Positions 1 to 17,700 of a stretch of 64,000 nt of DNA are shown here, in pieces. The notes beneath the pieces were generated by a model. That model did not search any database. It was not told the origin of the DNA and was given only the letters and a program-made list of their open reading frames with translations. How positions within the stretch are numbered: position 1 is the first letter of the stretch; each line of letters starts with the position of its first letter. Origin of the DNA: the human T2T-CHM13v2.0 reference genome, Homo sapiens; NCBI GenBank assembly GCA_009914755.4, contig CP068257.2, forward strand, positions 10,560,001-10,624,000. Reading direction: 5' to 3'. The translations under genes were made by a program, and so were the position numbers.

Positions 1-48
1 CCCAAAGTGCTGTGATTACAGGCATGAGCCAGTGCACTTGGCCGGGTT
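1..48 (-). mobile_element. Alu fragment (end of an antisense Alu).
   Basis: cccaaagtgctgtgattacaggcatgagcca. Confidence 0.7.
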
Positions 49-5709
<5,661 letters not shown>

Positions 5710-5710
5710 C

Positions 5711-5746
5711 TAAAATAAACAAATAAATAAATAAATAAATAAATGC
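5711..5746. repeat. (TAAA)n/(ATTT)n STR forming the polypyrimidine tract of the TPTE exon acceptor at 5710.
   Basis: ctaaaataaacaaataaataaataaataaataaatgc on the plus strand equals atttatttatttatttatttgtttattttag on the gene strand. Confidence 0.9.
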
Positions 5747-6840
5747 AAAGATAAAGGGGCATTTGTCCCTGTAGCTATACTATATTTAAGCCACTGATCA
5801 GGTACCAAAATGTTATTATTTAGTATTAAGCTGCCCAGTGGCAGGAAAAACTGTAATGCCTTAGAATCTCAGAAAAATCACTGTTTTCACCCAATAGAAG
5901 CAGTTCTTAATAAACAAAATTCTCACCAAACCACTTCACAAGATATTATAGTAAACACATCAGACCAACACCTCAAGAGAGAAAAGTAAAACTGAATTAA
6001 AATCACCTGTCTGTTTACAAACTCTTCTTAAAATTTGCGAATTTCATAAGAAGTTTATACCAATTTCTCATAAAAAATAAACCCTCATTAATCTGGATAA
6101 TTCTAAAGAATTTATTAATAAAAACCAAATGAAAGCATGAGTAACATAAGCTCTTAAAAGACCAAGATTTTTCATCAGTGACATTTTCAACAAGTACATG
6201 ATTTCATATTTATGGGTGCTTCTAGCAGAGTGATGGGCACATGAGTCTTGAACTCTAAAGTACCTCCTGCCACTTGCTGTTACATATTCTAAATACATTC
6301 TCCATAAATTGATTAGACTATTTGCCTAGTCTATAAAGGTGAATTAGTCTTTGAAGTACTTTTTTAAAAACTTGCAGCTCAAATTCAAATATTATTAATT
6401 CAAAAGGAAACAATTATATCGTATAAATCTATATCATAGTATGAAATCTTACTCTTATGTAGAGAAGAGTCTAAGTAAATTGTTTCCAGAATTAAAGAGT
6501 AATTCCTGATGTATAAGGTACTAATAAAACACTTTACTAATAATTATAGAATTTTAACATTTGATTTTCATTAATGTTACTTTTGCAGATGGAAGAAAAA
6601 CAATATTAATATATTACAATTAATCTTAGGCAAAAGCCATTTATTTGCAATTCTTAATGTCCAGCTTAAACCAAAATTCCATGATAAATTAGATTACATT
6701 AGATGGGGCACATGGCTACTTAGCAACTGATGGACAGTGGAAATGCTTTTTTGTTATTTTATTTCAGTATTTCTCATTGAAGTATTAAGTCTCATATATA
6801 TATATGTATATATAGATATATATGAGACTCATATATTTTC

Positions 6841-7146
6841 TTTTCTTTTTTTTTTTTTTTTTTTTTACATGGAGTCTTGCTGTGTCGCCAAGGCTGCGGT
6901 GCAATGGTGCAATTTCAGCTCACTGCAATCTATGCCTCCTCGGTTCAAGCGATTCTTCTGCCTCAGCCTCCTGAGTAGCTGGGATTATAGGCACCCACCA
7001 TTATGCTTGGCTAATTTTTGTATTTTTAGTAGAGATGGGGTTTCACCATGTTAGCCAGGCTGGTCTTGAACTCCTGACTTCATGTGATCCGCCCGCCTCG
7101 GCCTCCCAGGGTGCTGGGATTACAGGTGTGAGCCACCGTGCCCAGC
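6841..7146 (-). mobile_element. Alu (antisense), 49 nt from the TPTE exon at 7195.
   Basis: T26 leader; ends gtgtgagccaccgtgcccagcc. Confidence 0.9.
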
Positions 7147-7194
7147 CAAGTCTCAGATATATTTAATACATGGTGTTTTCTATGTCTCACATAC

Positions 7195-7245
7195 CCAAAT
7201 GCAAAGGATGATACAATTGAATGCACAATTTTCTTAATCTTGCTG
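7195..7245 (-). CDS. TPTE: TPTE exon encoding (D)SKIKKIVHSIVSSFAF(G); 51 nt. Tandem NAGNAG acceptor (cag|cag).
   Basis: Minus-strand C AGC AAG ATT AAG AAA ATT GTG CAT TCA ATT GTA TCA TCC TTT GCA TTT GG followed by gtatgtgag. The acceptor is ctttttgcag CAG. Confidence 0.75.
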
Positions 7246-8168
7246 CTGCAAAAAGAAGTAAAAATAAAATTAATCAGATTTCTTCTAACATATATTGTAA
7301 ATTTAACCAAAAAACAAAGGCCCTTATAAATATAATTTCAAAAGAAAATTATTCAGAAGTTGTATAACAAAATGCTTTTTACTAATAGCTAAAATTTTAT
7401 TCTTCCTGCTCCATGAGTATTTTACTTGTTTACTATGCTATCCAGAAGACAGTAAAGTTTGGATGTTTAGTAACATTTCCATTGCATGCAAAGCCCCAAC
7501 CCCAACTTTATGGCAATACTAAACTTAAACTGGTGGTCATCATCTCAAGGAGTATAGCATGAAGACAGAAAAGGGTGGTAGAAGAGAACTGTATTTTAAT
7601 GCCAGCCTGGGCAAATCATCAAACTTTGGCCAGATCTCAGTTTCCACTGCAATAAAATAAGGTGTTTCAGGAATGAGCATAGGGAGTAAATGATGCTCTT
7701 GTCATCTCCTCGAACTAGACACCTAGTGAACAGATGAGTCACATATGAGGTTGCAAACGAACTTCAGAGGTAAGACATTTTAGTAAGATATACTTCAAAG
7801 GAGAAACACCCGAAAGACTGGGCTCCTTCCATTAATCAAAGGAAGGAGAACCTGTTTGATGGAGCCTCCAATAATGCCTCATTTTACCTTATGGCTGGAG
7901 ACAAGGTAGCTCATGAGGAACAATTTTTTTTGTCCTACTGAAGCCTCCTGTGTTGGAGGCTCTTCAGGAGGAGAAGCCTCCAACACAGGAGGCTTCAGTA
8001 GAAGAAGACTTCAGGAAGTTTCTGTCATACTGAAGCCTCCAACACAGGACTCAAATTCCACCCCAAGAGCCATGAATCCTAAGACAATGCTCACAGCCTG
8101 TGCCTAAGACGGGAGAACAAAGAGGGCAGATACTGAGCAGAACTGGGGCACTGACAATTGGCCTTTGA

Positions 8169-9003
8169 CATGAACAGACATTTCTCAAAAGAAGACATGC
8201 ATGTGGCCAACAAACATATGAAGAAAAGCTCAATATCACAGATTAGAGAAATGCAAATCAAAACCACAATGAGATACCATTTCACACCAGTCAGAATGGC
8301 TATTACTAAAAAGTCAAAAAATAACAGATGCGGGCAAGGTTGCAGAGAAAAGGGAACACATATACATTGTTGGTGGGAGTGTAAATTAGTTCAATCACTG
8401 TAAAAAGTACTATGGCAATACCTTGAAGAGCTAAAAGCAGAACTATTTGACTGAGCAATCCCAATACTGAGTAGATACCCAGAGGAATATAAATCATTCT
8501 ACTATAAAGATACATGCATATGAATGTTCACTGCAGCACTATTTACAATAGCAAAGACATGGAATCAACCTAGGTACCCATCAATGACAGATTGGATAAA
8601 GAAAATGTGGTACATATATACCATGGAATACTATACAGCCATAAAAAAAGAATGAGATCATGTATTTTGTGGGAACATCAATGGAGCCGGAGGCTCTTAT
8701 CCTTAGCAAACTAGTGCAGAAACAGAAAACCAAATACTGAATGTTCTCACCTATCAGTGGTAGCTAAATCATAAGGACTTATGAACACAAAGAAGGAAAT
8801 AGACACTGGGGTCTACTTAAGTGGGGAGGGCAGGAGGAGAGAGAGGAGCAGAAAAGATAACTATTTGGGTACTGAGCTTAATACCTGGATGATGAAATAA
8901 TATGTAAAAAATAAAAAAAAACAACCTCCCTGACACAAGTTTACCTATGTAGCAAACCTCACGTGTACCACCAAACCTAAAATAAAAGTTAAAAAAAAAA
9001 AAA
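8169..9003 (+). mobile_element. L1 3'-end fragment (ORF2 C-terminus plus 3'UTR plus polyA) with TSD aattggcctttga.
   Basis: ORF 8158..8403 ([18 protein letters not shown]...[12 protein letters not shown]). PolyA at 8991-9003. Flanking direct repeats at 8157-8168 and 9003-9014. Confidence 0.85.
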
Positions 9004-9646
9004 TTGGCCTTTGATGAAGGATGTTAGGTTAACCTGAGATAAAAGAAATCCCCAATCCTTCTAATCTTCCCCTCTCCACCTGGACCCACCACCTCCACCC
9101 AGGCTTGGAGAGTTAAGGCTGATGTAGATGGAGGATCAATTGGCCAAAAGAGGTGAATTCTCTCCTCAAGTTGCCATTCCCTTACTACAAGAACCTCTGA
9201 TCCCACACAGTCTACTAGATCTCTGGGTATCAAGGAAATGTCATAAATCTGAACTCACTTGACAATGTCACCATACAGAACCAAGTCTGACAGATTATGA
9301 AGGCATGAAGAAGTGGCTTGGGTGGCTTTAGCCCCTTAATCTGTTTCAGTGTACCCTGAAACTATACCAAGTAAATACACAATTGAGACTTTTTTGCTTA
9401 AAAAAAGAGTACTATGTAAATGAAGCTTCAAGCAGTTATGTGCAGAGTTTGCAGGGAAATAACTATGACTCAGTAAATCCATATCCAGGAAAAGTACTGT
9501 TCACACTCGGGAGCAACAGACAGACACTCCAACATGAAGCAACACGAAGCATAGCCTCCATGTACCTTTCCTAAAAACAATTACTCAAAGTGCTTGAGTC
9601 AGCTGAGCAATGAATCAAAATGAAGAACAAAAATGTAGCAGGTGAA

Positions 9647-10697
9647 CAAAAGCAATGGCAACAAAAGCCAAAATTGACAAACAGGATCTAATTAAACTAA
9701 AGAGCTTCTGCATAGCAAAAGAAACTACCATCAGAGTGAACAGGCAACCTACGGAATGGGAGAAAATTTTTGGAATCTACTCATCTGACAAAGGACTAAT
9801 ATCCAGAATCTACAAAGAACTCAAACAAATTTACAAGAAAAAAATCAAACAACCCCATCAAAAAGTGGGCAAAGGATATGAACAGACACTTCTCAAAAGA
9901 AGACATTTATGCAGCCAACAGACACATGAAAAAATGCTCATCATCACTGGCCATCAGAGAAATGCAAATCAAAACCACAATGACATACCATCTCACACCA
10001 GTTAGAATGGTGATTATTAAAAAGTCAAGAAACAACAGGTGCTGGAGAGGATGTGGAGAAACTGAACACTTTTACACTGTTGGTGGGACTGTAAACTAGT
10101 TCAACCATTGTGGAAGACAGTGTGGCGATTCCTCAAGAATCTAAAACTAGAAACACCATTTGACCCAGCCATCCTATTACTGGGTATATACCCAAAGGAT
10201 TATAAATCATGCTGCTATAAAGACACATGCACACGTATGTTTATTGCGGCACTATTCACAATAGCAAAGACTTGGAACCAACCCAAATGTCCAACAATGA
10301 TAGACTGGATGAAGAAAATGTGGCACATATACACCATGGAATACTAAGCAGCCATAAAAAAGGATGAGTTCATGTCCTTTGTAGGGACATGGATGAAGCT
10401 GGAAACCATCATTCTCAGCAAGCTACCGCAAGGTCAGAAAACCAAACACTGCATGTTCTCACTCATAGGTGGGAATTGAACAATGAGAACCCTTGGACAC
10501 AGGAAGGGGAACATCACACACCAGGGCCTGTCATGGGGTGGGGGGATGGGGGAGGGATAGCATTAGGAGATACACCTAATGTAAATGATGAATTAATGGG
10601 TACAGCACACCAACATGGCACATGCATGAATATGTAACAAACCTGCACATTGTGCACATGCACCCTAGAACTTACAGTATAATAATAATAAAAAAAA
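9647..10697 (+). mobile_element. L1 3'-end fragment with TSD gtagcaggtgaa.
   Basis: ORFs 9655..10005 and 10108..10347 are L1 ORF2 C-terminal peptides. The A-rich tail ends at 10697. Direct repeats at about 9635-9646 and 10699-10710. Confidence 0.85.
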
Positions 10698-11233
10698 GTA
10701 GCAGGTGAAAATGTAAATAAATGATTCTAAAAGTAAAGATAAATAATATAAAATCATGAATAATAGTATTGATTTGAATTTTTAGGCATTCTTACACTAG
10801 GATTCAAGGTGTGGAAGAAGATAGAAGTAAAGGCAGGTTGCATTTCTTATCTTTCACAGGTACGAGTCCAGTTTTATTCTCGATATTGATGGAAAAAATG
10901 GTATAATTATGTTTTCTAAACATTTAAATATAAACATTGATAGACTAGAAATGGGCTTCTGACTTGCATATCAACAAAAAATGCAAGGGATGAAAACAAA
11001 TCAGATAATAGCAAAACATAGACAAATTTACAAAGAAAATATCAAAGTATTTTTAATAAAGAAAAAGATGATAAATAAAACCAAACGTACCAGAAATCAT
11101 AAATACAAACATATTACTCTCATATTGCATATTGAGAAATACTCTCAGATAACTTTGAAATTAAAGGCATTACATGCTATACATGAGAGACAAAAACTAA
11201 ATTTAAATGACAATTCAAAAATAAAGAGATAGC

Positions 11234-11522
11234 GGCCAGGCGCGGTGGCTCACGCCTGTAATCCCAGCACTTTGGGTGGCCAAGGTGGGTGGATCATGAG
11301 GTCAAGAGATCGAGACCATCCTGGCCAACGTGGTGAAACTCCATCTCTACTAAAAATACAAAAAATTAGCTGGGCGTGGTGGTGCATGCCTGTAGTCCCA
11401 GCTACTCAGGAGGCTGAGGCAGGAGAATCGCTTGAACCTGGGAAGTGGAGGTTGCAGTGAGCTGAGTGGAGCCACTGCACTCCAGCCTGGTGACAGAGCG
11501 AGACTCCGGCTCAAAAAAAAAA
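11234..11522 (+). mobile_element. Alu (sense).
   Basis: ggccaggcgcggtggctcacgcctgtaatcccagcactttgggtggcc...polyA. Confidence 0.9.
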
Positions 11523-14022
11523 GAGAGAAAAAAAGATATGAGATACTAAACCTTAATACACTGAAAGTTCCAATAATATCAAAGTTGAATTAAAAGCAGA
11601 AATATTAACTATGAACATGAATGACTCATTTTTTATCAATAGAAGGTGGAAGCTACATGACACTAACAAGACCATGTTTAATGAAATGGGATTTGTATTG
11701 AAGGCAGGTGCTATCTCTCCCACTGGACACATTTTTCTCTTGTGCAGACTCTGGGGGTAGGGAGGTGGCCATGATGCAAAGCACGAAAAACACTGTAGTG
11801 ACTCTGGTCTTCCTGCTCACTCTAGATCACTAAAACAGGGTAAGGACAATACAGAGGGATGACATGTTCATGCTGAAAAAACTATGAGTCACTTAGGAGA
11901 AAAGTAAATTTCTACACTTTATACCTTAAGACAAAGTAAATTCAGGGCAGATATTTTATTTAAATGAAGAAAATAAATTCAAAACAGAAATTTTGGTGAA
12001 TATATTTAAAATCTTGGGGTGAGAAGGACTTTCTGAGAATAACATTAAAGGCAAAATCACAAAGAAAAGTACAGATACATTTGATTACATGAGGATTAAA
12101 TGCTTTTATATAGTGAAAAGCAAGACAACCTGGGAGAAATTGCTTATATTACATAAAATAGAAAAAGGATCAATAGATTTAACTTTTCAGTCCAAAGACA
12201 GAAAAGGATAAATGAAGGTGTGTCAAAGAACATGCATTAGAACAAATATATTTACTAATATCAGAGAAATCAATGATGGCTAGTGTTAAGTGTGGGAGGG
12301 GAGAAATGTACACTTTGCATCTTGATGTTAAAGCACATATCAATATCAATAGCGTCACAATCATTCCCTTTGACACAGAATTTCCACTTCTGAGAATTTA
12401 TAACAAGCAAATAACCAACAATATACAGAGATTTAGCCTCAAATATATTCATTTTTGTAAGTTAAAAACTTGTAAAAAAACTGAATTGTTCAGCAATATC
12501 TGACTATTAAATGAATTATAGCACATCTACACCATGAAATATCACACAACTGTTACAAATAATGTTGTAAGTGCACATGAATATATATTAACAAAAAAAT
12601 ATAGCCATGATGTCATTAATAAGGTTATTTACAAAAGAATAAGTATGGTCTCATATCTGTAAACAAAAAAAGTATATGCTTAAAGAACTTAGAAGTGCAT
12701 GCATCAAAGTTTAAGAATGACTAAATGTGGGTAGATTTGTTGATTGTATTTTCAGATTTTCCTTTAATGAACTCTTACATTATTTTTAGTTTTTAGAATA
12801 AAACCTATTTACAGAACTACAGAGTTTTCAAAGTATTTTTGCATGTTATTTTCATTTTATTACTAATTTTTTAAATACAATATCCAGTACATGGATTGCA
12901 TTATAGCCAGTTTACATTTGAATAATCTGAAAGTTAAAGAGGGTTAGTGACTTGCTGAGTATCAGGTGAATGAATATATGATGCCAAAGGCAAGCACTGA
13001 TTCCAGCTTTTACTATAAATCCAATATCATCCCCCTGTTATGAAACACCAGCATTTCTCACAGGGACTACTGCAAATTCCTCCTATATCTATGTAATGAG
13101 ACTTTGTAATTTAAAAATAAAATAAAATGAAAACCTGCTTTATTTTGTTTGGAGTGGGGAAAGAAGGAAATGCTTGCCTTGCTTAATCGGTCTAATTTTG
13201 TTTCAGCCCTGGGCAGCTCCATTACAGAAAACGTATAGCTAATCTGCAGACACACAGTTTAATTCAGTGGCAAATTCAGGGTAATTTGAAGAACTATTTT
13301 TATTTGCCCTCTTTGTTTAGACACCAACAGCTTACAACCATGGTGAGTTAACTTCCTCTATGGCAGTACTTCCTCTCCAGCATTGACACAAGCTGGTGAA
13401 TGGTTATACAACTGGGCAAGAAAGAAGCAGAAGAAAAATCTCCTGAATATGTCTGCAGTTCAGACACAAGCCAGTTTAAGAATGTATTGTTTCATTACAG
13501 TGAGTACATGATAAAATGCCTTCAGGTCAGTGCAACAGGAAGTACTCTAGTGAGATTAGAAACAAATAAGAATAAAATCCCAATGAGCATAAAGAGGTCT
13601 TTAGTCAGCAAAATATGTTTGCTTTTGCTATCAATACTATTTGCTCATAGGCAAAATGTACAAAATTGGGAATCACACCATATCTAGTAAAAATGAGAAA
13701 CGTTCACTATTGATGAGTTAAGTAGCATTCTGCATTCCTGTTTTTTTAAAAAAAACTTTTAATGGAATTAATTTCCTCTAAGAATACTTTTTACATTTTC
13801 AAGCTAGAAGAACATTTATTTCTGAATGGATGGAATTTTTTTTTCAAAATAATACTTGTCTAAGAATTCAACTGGAGTAAATACGGTGTACACTCCCACC
13901 CATACATTTTGATATCTTTCCATAGTTTCCCTTTTTCCTTCTTGCCTCAGCGGAAGCCCTGTTTAACTAAAGATAAGAGATCCATCAATGGCTCCCTCCT
14001 TTCAAACTTCAAACTGACTTAC

Positions 14023-14082
14023 TCATATGAAGCAACATTTTCAGCATCTTCAACTTCAAACTTGGAAAGTCGTGCTAACACA
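14023..14082 (-). CDS. TPTE: TPTE exon encoding (S)VLARLSKFEVEDAENVASY(D); 60 nt.
   Basis: Minus-strand T GTG TTA GCA CGA CTT TCC AAG TTT GAA GTT GAA GAT GCT GAA AAT GTT GCT TCA TAT GA. Acceptor ctaaag preceded by a T-rich tract, donor gtaagtca. Phase agrees with the neighbouring exons. Confidence 0.7.
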
Positions 14083-14789
14083 CTTTAGCCACCAAAAAAA
14101 AAGCAAAAATATATCATTAGATATTTGCTACACAAAATAGTGATGAAAAATATATTTGAATAGCAAGAATCCCATGAATCTAAAGGATATAGTAAACATG
14201 ACTTAGCTCACTGGAAGACCTAATATTTAAGAGAGAAAATTACAATCATTAACCAGAAACTCTTTCCTCATGGATACTCCCAACACTGAATTTTGCATAT
14301 TTTTATCTTCTTTTCTCTCTCTGTCTCTTTCTATATATATGCATATAAAGATATATAAAAGAATATGTATATGGATATATAATATATAAATAATATGTGT
14401 GTAGACATATCTCAAAGACATTGTGGGTTTCATTCCAGACCACTGCAATAAAGCAAAAACTGCATTAAGCAACTCACACAAATGTTTTGGGTTCCCTGTG
14501 CATATAAAAGTTATGTTTACCCTACATGTAGCCTGTTAAGTTTGCAATGGCATTATGTTCGAAAAACTTATGTATATACCTTAATTAAAAACTACTTTAT
14601 TGGTTAAAAAATGCTAATGATCACCTTTTGCTGGTGGAGGGCGTTGCCTCCATGTTCATGGCTGCTGACTGATCAGAGTGGTGGTTGCCAATGGTCAGAG
14701 TGGCTGAGACAATTTCTTAAAATAGGACAACAATGAAGTTTGCTGTAGCAAATGGCTCTTCCTTTCACAAGTGAGGATTAAGTGGTGAA

Positions 14790-17700
14790 GCCATCAGGTC
14801 CTGGACTTTGTTGAAAGCCTTTTTATTACTGATTCAATCTCATTACTTGTTTTTGGTCTGTTCAGGTTTTCTATTTCTTCTTGGTTTAGTCTTGGTAGGT
14901 CGTATGGGTCAAGGATTTTGTCCACCTCCTCTAGGTTTTCAAATTTATTGTAGAGTTGCTCATAATAGTCTCTAATAATTATTTTTATTTCTGTCATTAT
15001 CTGTTATGAGGTCTCTTTTTTTTTGTTTCTGATTTTACTTATTTGGGTCTTCCCTTTTTCTTAATTAGTCTAGCTAATGGTTTGTTGATATTTTTTAAAC
15101 CTTTTTGTTGTTAACCTTTTGTAATTTTTGCCTCAAATGTGTTTATTTCTGTTTGGTCTTCATTATTTATTTCCTTTTAATAATTTGGGGTTTGGTTTGT
15201 TCTTACTATTCTAGTTTCTTGAGGTAGAATTGTTCAGTGGTTTATTTGAAAGTTTTCTAGTTTTTTTGATCCAGGCATTTATTGCTAAAAATATACTTTT
15301 TTTTTTATACTTTAAGTTCTAGGGTACATATGCACAATGTGCAGGTTTGTTACATATGTATACATGTGCCATGTTGGTGTGCTGCGCCCATTAACTCGTC
15401 ATTTACATTAGGTATATCTCCTAATGCTATCCCTCCCCCCTCCCCCTACCCAACAACAGGCCCCAGTGTGTGATGTCCCCCTTCCTGTGTCTGAGTGTTC
15501 TCATTGTTCAATTCCCACCTATGAGTGAGAACATGTGATGTTTGGTGTTTTGTCCTTGCGACAGTTTGCTGAAAAAATGATGAGTTCATGTCCTTTGTAG
15601 GGACACGGATGAAGCTAAAAACATAGTTCTTAATAACTGCTTTTGCTGCGTCCCCTGTTTTGGTATATTGTGTTTCTAGTTACATTTGTTTCAAGGAATT
15701 CTTAAATTTCATTCTTAATTTCTTTCTTCACTCACTGTAACTCAAGGGCATGTTGTTTAATTTCCATATGTCTGTATAGTTTTGAATGTTCCTCTTGTTA
15801 TGAATGTCTAGTTTTATTCCATTGTGGTAAGATAAGATACCTGATAGAATTTCAATTTTTAAAAATTTGTTGAGACTTGTTTTGTAGCCTAACATATGGT
15901 CTATCTTAGATAATGTTTCATGTGCTGATGAAAAGAATGTGTATTCTGCAGCTGTTAGGTGAGATGTTCTGTACATGTTTGTTATTTATGTCCATTTGGT
16001 CTATGGTGGAGTTTAAGTCTGATGTTTCTTTGTTGATTTTCTGTCTAGATGATTTGTCCAATGCTGAGAGTGGGATACGGAAGTGCCCAACTCTTATTGT
16101 AATGGGGTCTATCTCCCTCTTTAGATCTAGTAATATTCGCTTTATATATCTAGGTGCTCTGGTGTTTGAGTGCATACATATTTACAATTATACACATATT
16201 ACAATTATATTTCTTGCTGAATTGAACCCTTTATTATTACATAATAATCTTGTTTGTCAATTTTTATGGTTTTTAACTTGAACTCTGTTTTGTCTGATAC
16301 AAGTATAGCTATCCCTGCTCACTTTGGGCTTCCATTTGCATAGAATATATTTTTCCATCCCTTTATTATCAGTCTATGTGTTTCTATACCGGTAAAGTGA
16401 GTTTCTTTTAGATAAAATATAGTGGGGTCTTATTTTTTAATCCACTCAGTAAGTCTATATCCTTCATGGGGTATTTAATCTATTAACATTCAAAGTTATT
16501 ATTGGTAGGTGAGGAGGTTTTGCATGTTTTCATGATGGTGGTTATCATCTTTTTACTTCCAGATGTAAGACTCCCTTGGGCATTTCTTGTAATGTTGGTC
16601 TAGTGGTGATGAATTATCTTGGTTTTTGTTTATCTATGACAGATTTTATGTCTTCTTCATTTGTAAAGGATAGCTGTGCTGGCTATAATATTCTTGGCTG
16701 AAAGATTTTTTTCTTTCAGAACTTCGAATGTATCATCCCATTCTCTTCTAGCCTAAGGTTTCCACTGGGAAATCAGCTGTTAGTCTAATGGGGATTCCAT
16801 TATAAGTGTGTTACTTTTCTCTTGCTATTTTAAAAAATCTTTGTCTTTTGATTTTTCACAATTTGACTATAATGTCTGGGTTGAATGTATTTGGGGTTCT
16901 TTGATCTTCCTGGAACTAGATGTCTAGCTCTCCCTCAAGAGTTAGGAAGTTTTACGCTATTTTATTAAATATGTTTTCCTCATATTTTCTCTACTCTTTT
17001 CCTTCTGGAATGCCCATAATATGAATATTTGACCAAATTAATGGTGTCCCATAAATCCTGTAGGCTTTTTTCATTCTTTTTTATCCTTTTTTTGCCTGTC
17101 TGTGTTATTTCAAAAGACTTGTCTTCAAGTTCAGAAATTATTTCTTCTGCTTGTTCTTGTCTGTAAAGCCATTGATTGTATTTTTTCATTTCATCCATTG
17201 AACTGTTTAGCTCTTAGGGCTTCTGTTTGGTTATTTTTATGATATCTGTATCTTTACTGAATTTCTCTTTCACCTGATTTCATTGACTTGTCTATCTGTA
17301 TTACCTTACATCTCACTGAGTTTCCTTAAGATTATTCTTTTTTCTGTCACATCATATGTTTATGATTAGGTTCTATTACTGGATAATTATTATTTCCCTT
17401 TGTAGGTGACATGTTTTCTTGCATTTTCATGGTTGCTGTGTTTCTAAATTGATTTCTACGCATCTGGTGAAAAAGTCACCTTTTCCAATTTTATGGAGTA
17501 AAATTGTATGAATTTATTTGTATGAATGGGTCTTGGATGTCAGTTCATTGGGGTATACCGGCCTTGGTTCTACATGGATGCAGTAAGTGTAGTCTCCATG
17601 TAGTTTATTCAGCTGTGATCCACACTAGTAACATTTGCAAGTTACTCAGTGGCCTAGGTTAAGGAAGTTTGTAGTGATGGTGGTGCAGCCTTGCCAGGGG

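Noticed and set aside
7913-8107. 64-aa plus-strand ORF (MRNNFFCPTEASCVGGSSGGEASNTGG...) that superficially resembles the TPTE N-terminal repeat on the wrong strand.
   Set aside because: Driven by the 23-bp inverted repeat. No splice sites, wrong strand for TPTE and no real match to the PxTSEFKG motif.
14227-14790. Possible MER/Tigger-type DNA transposon fragment (gggtttcattccagaccactgcaataaagc...).
   Set aside because: Family assignment too uncertain to list as a feature. No terminal inverted repeats or TSD could be identified.
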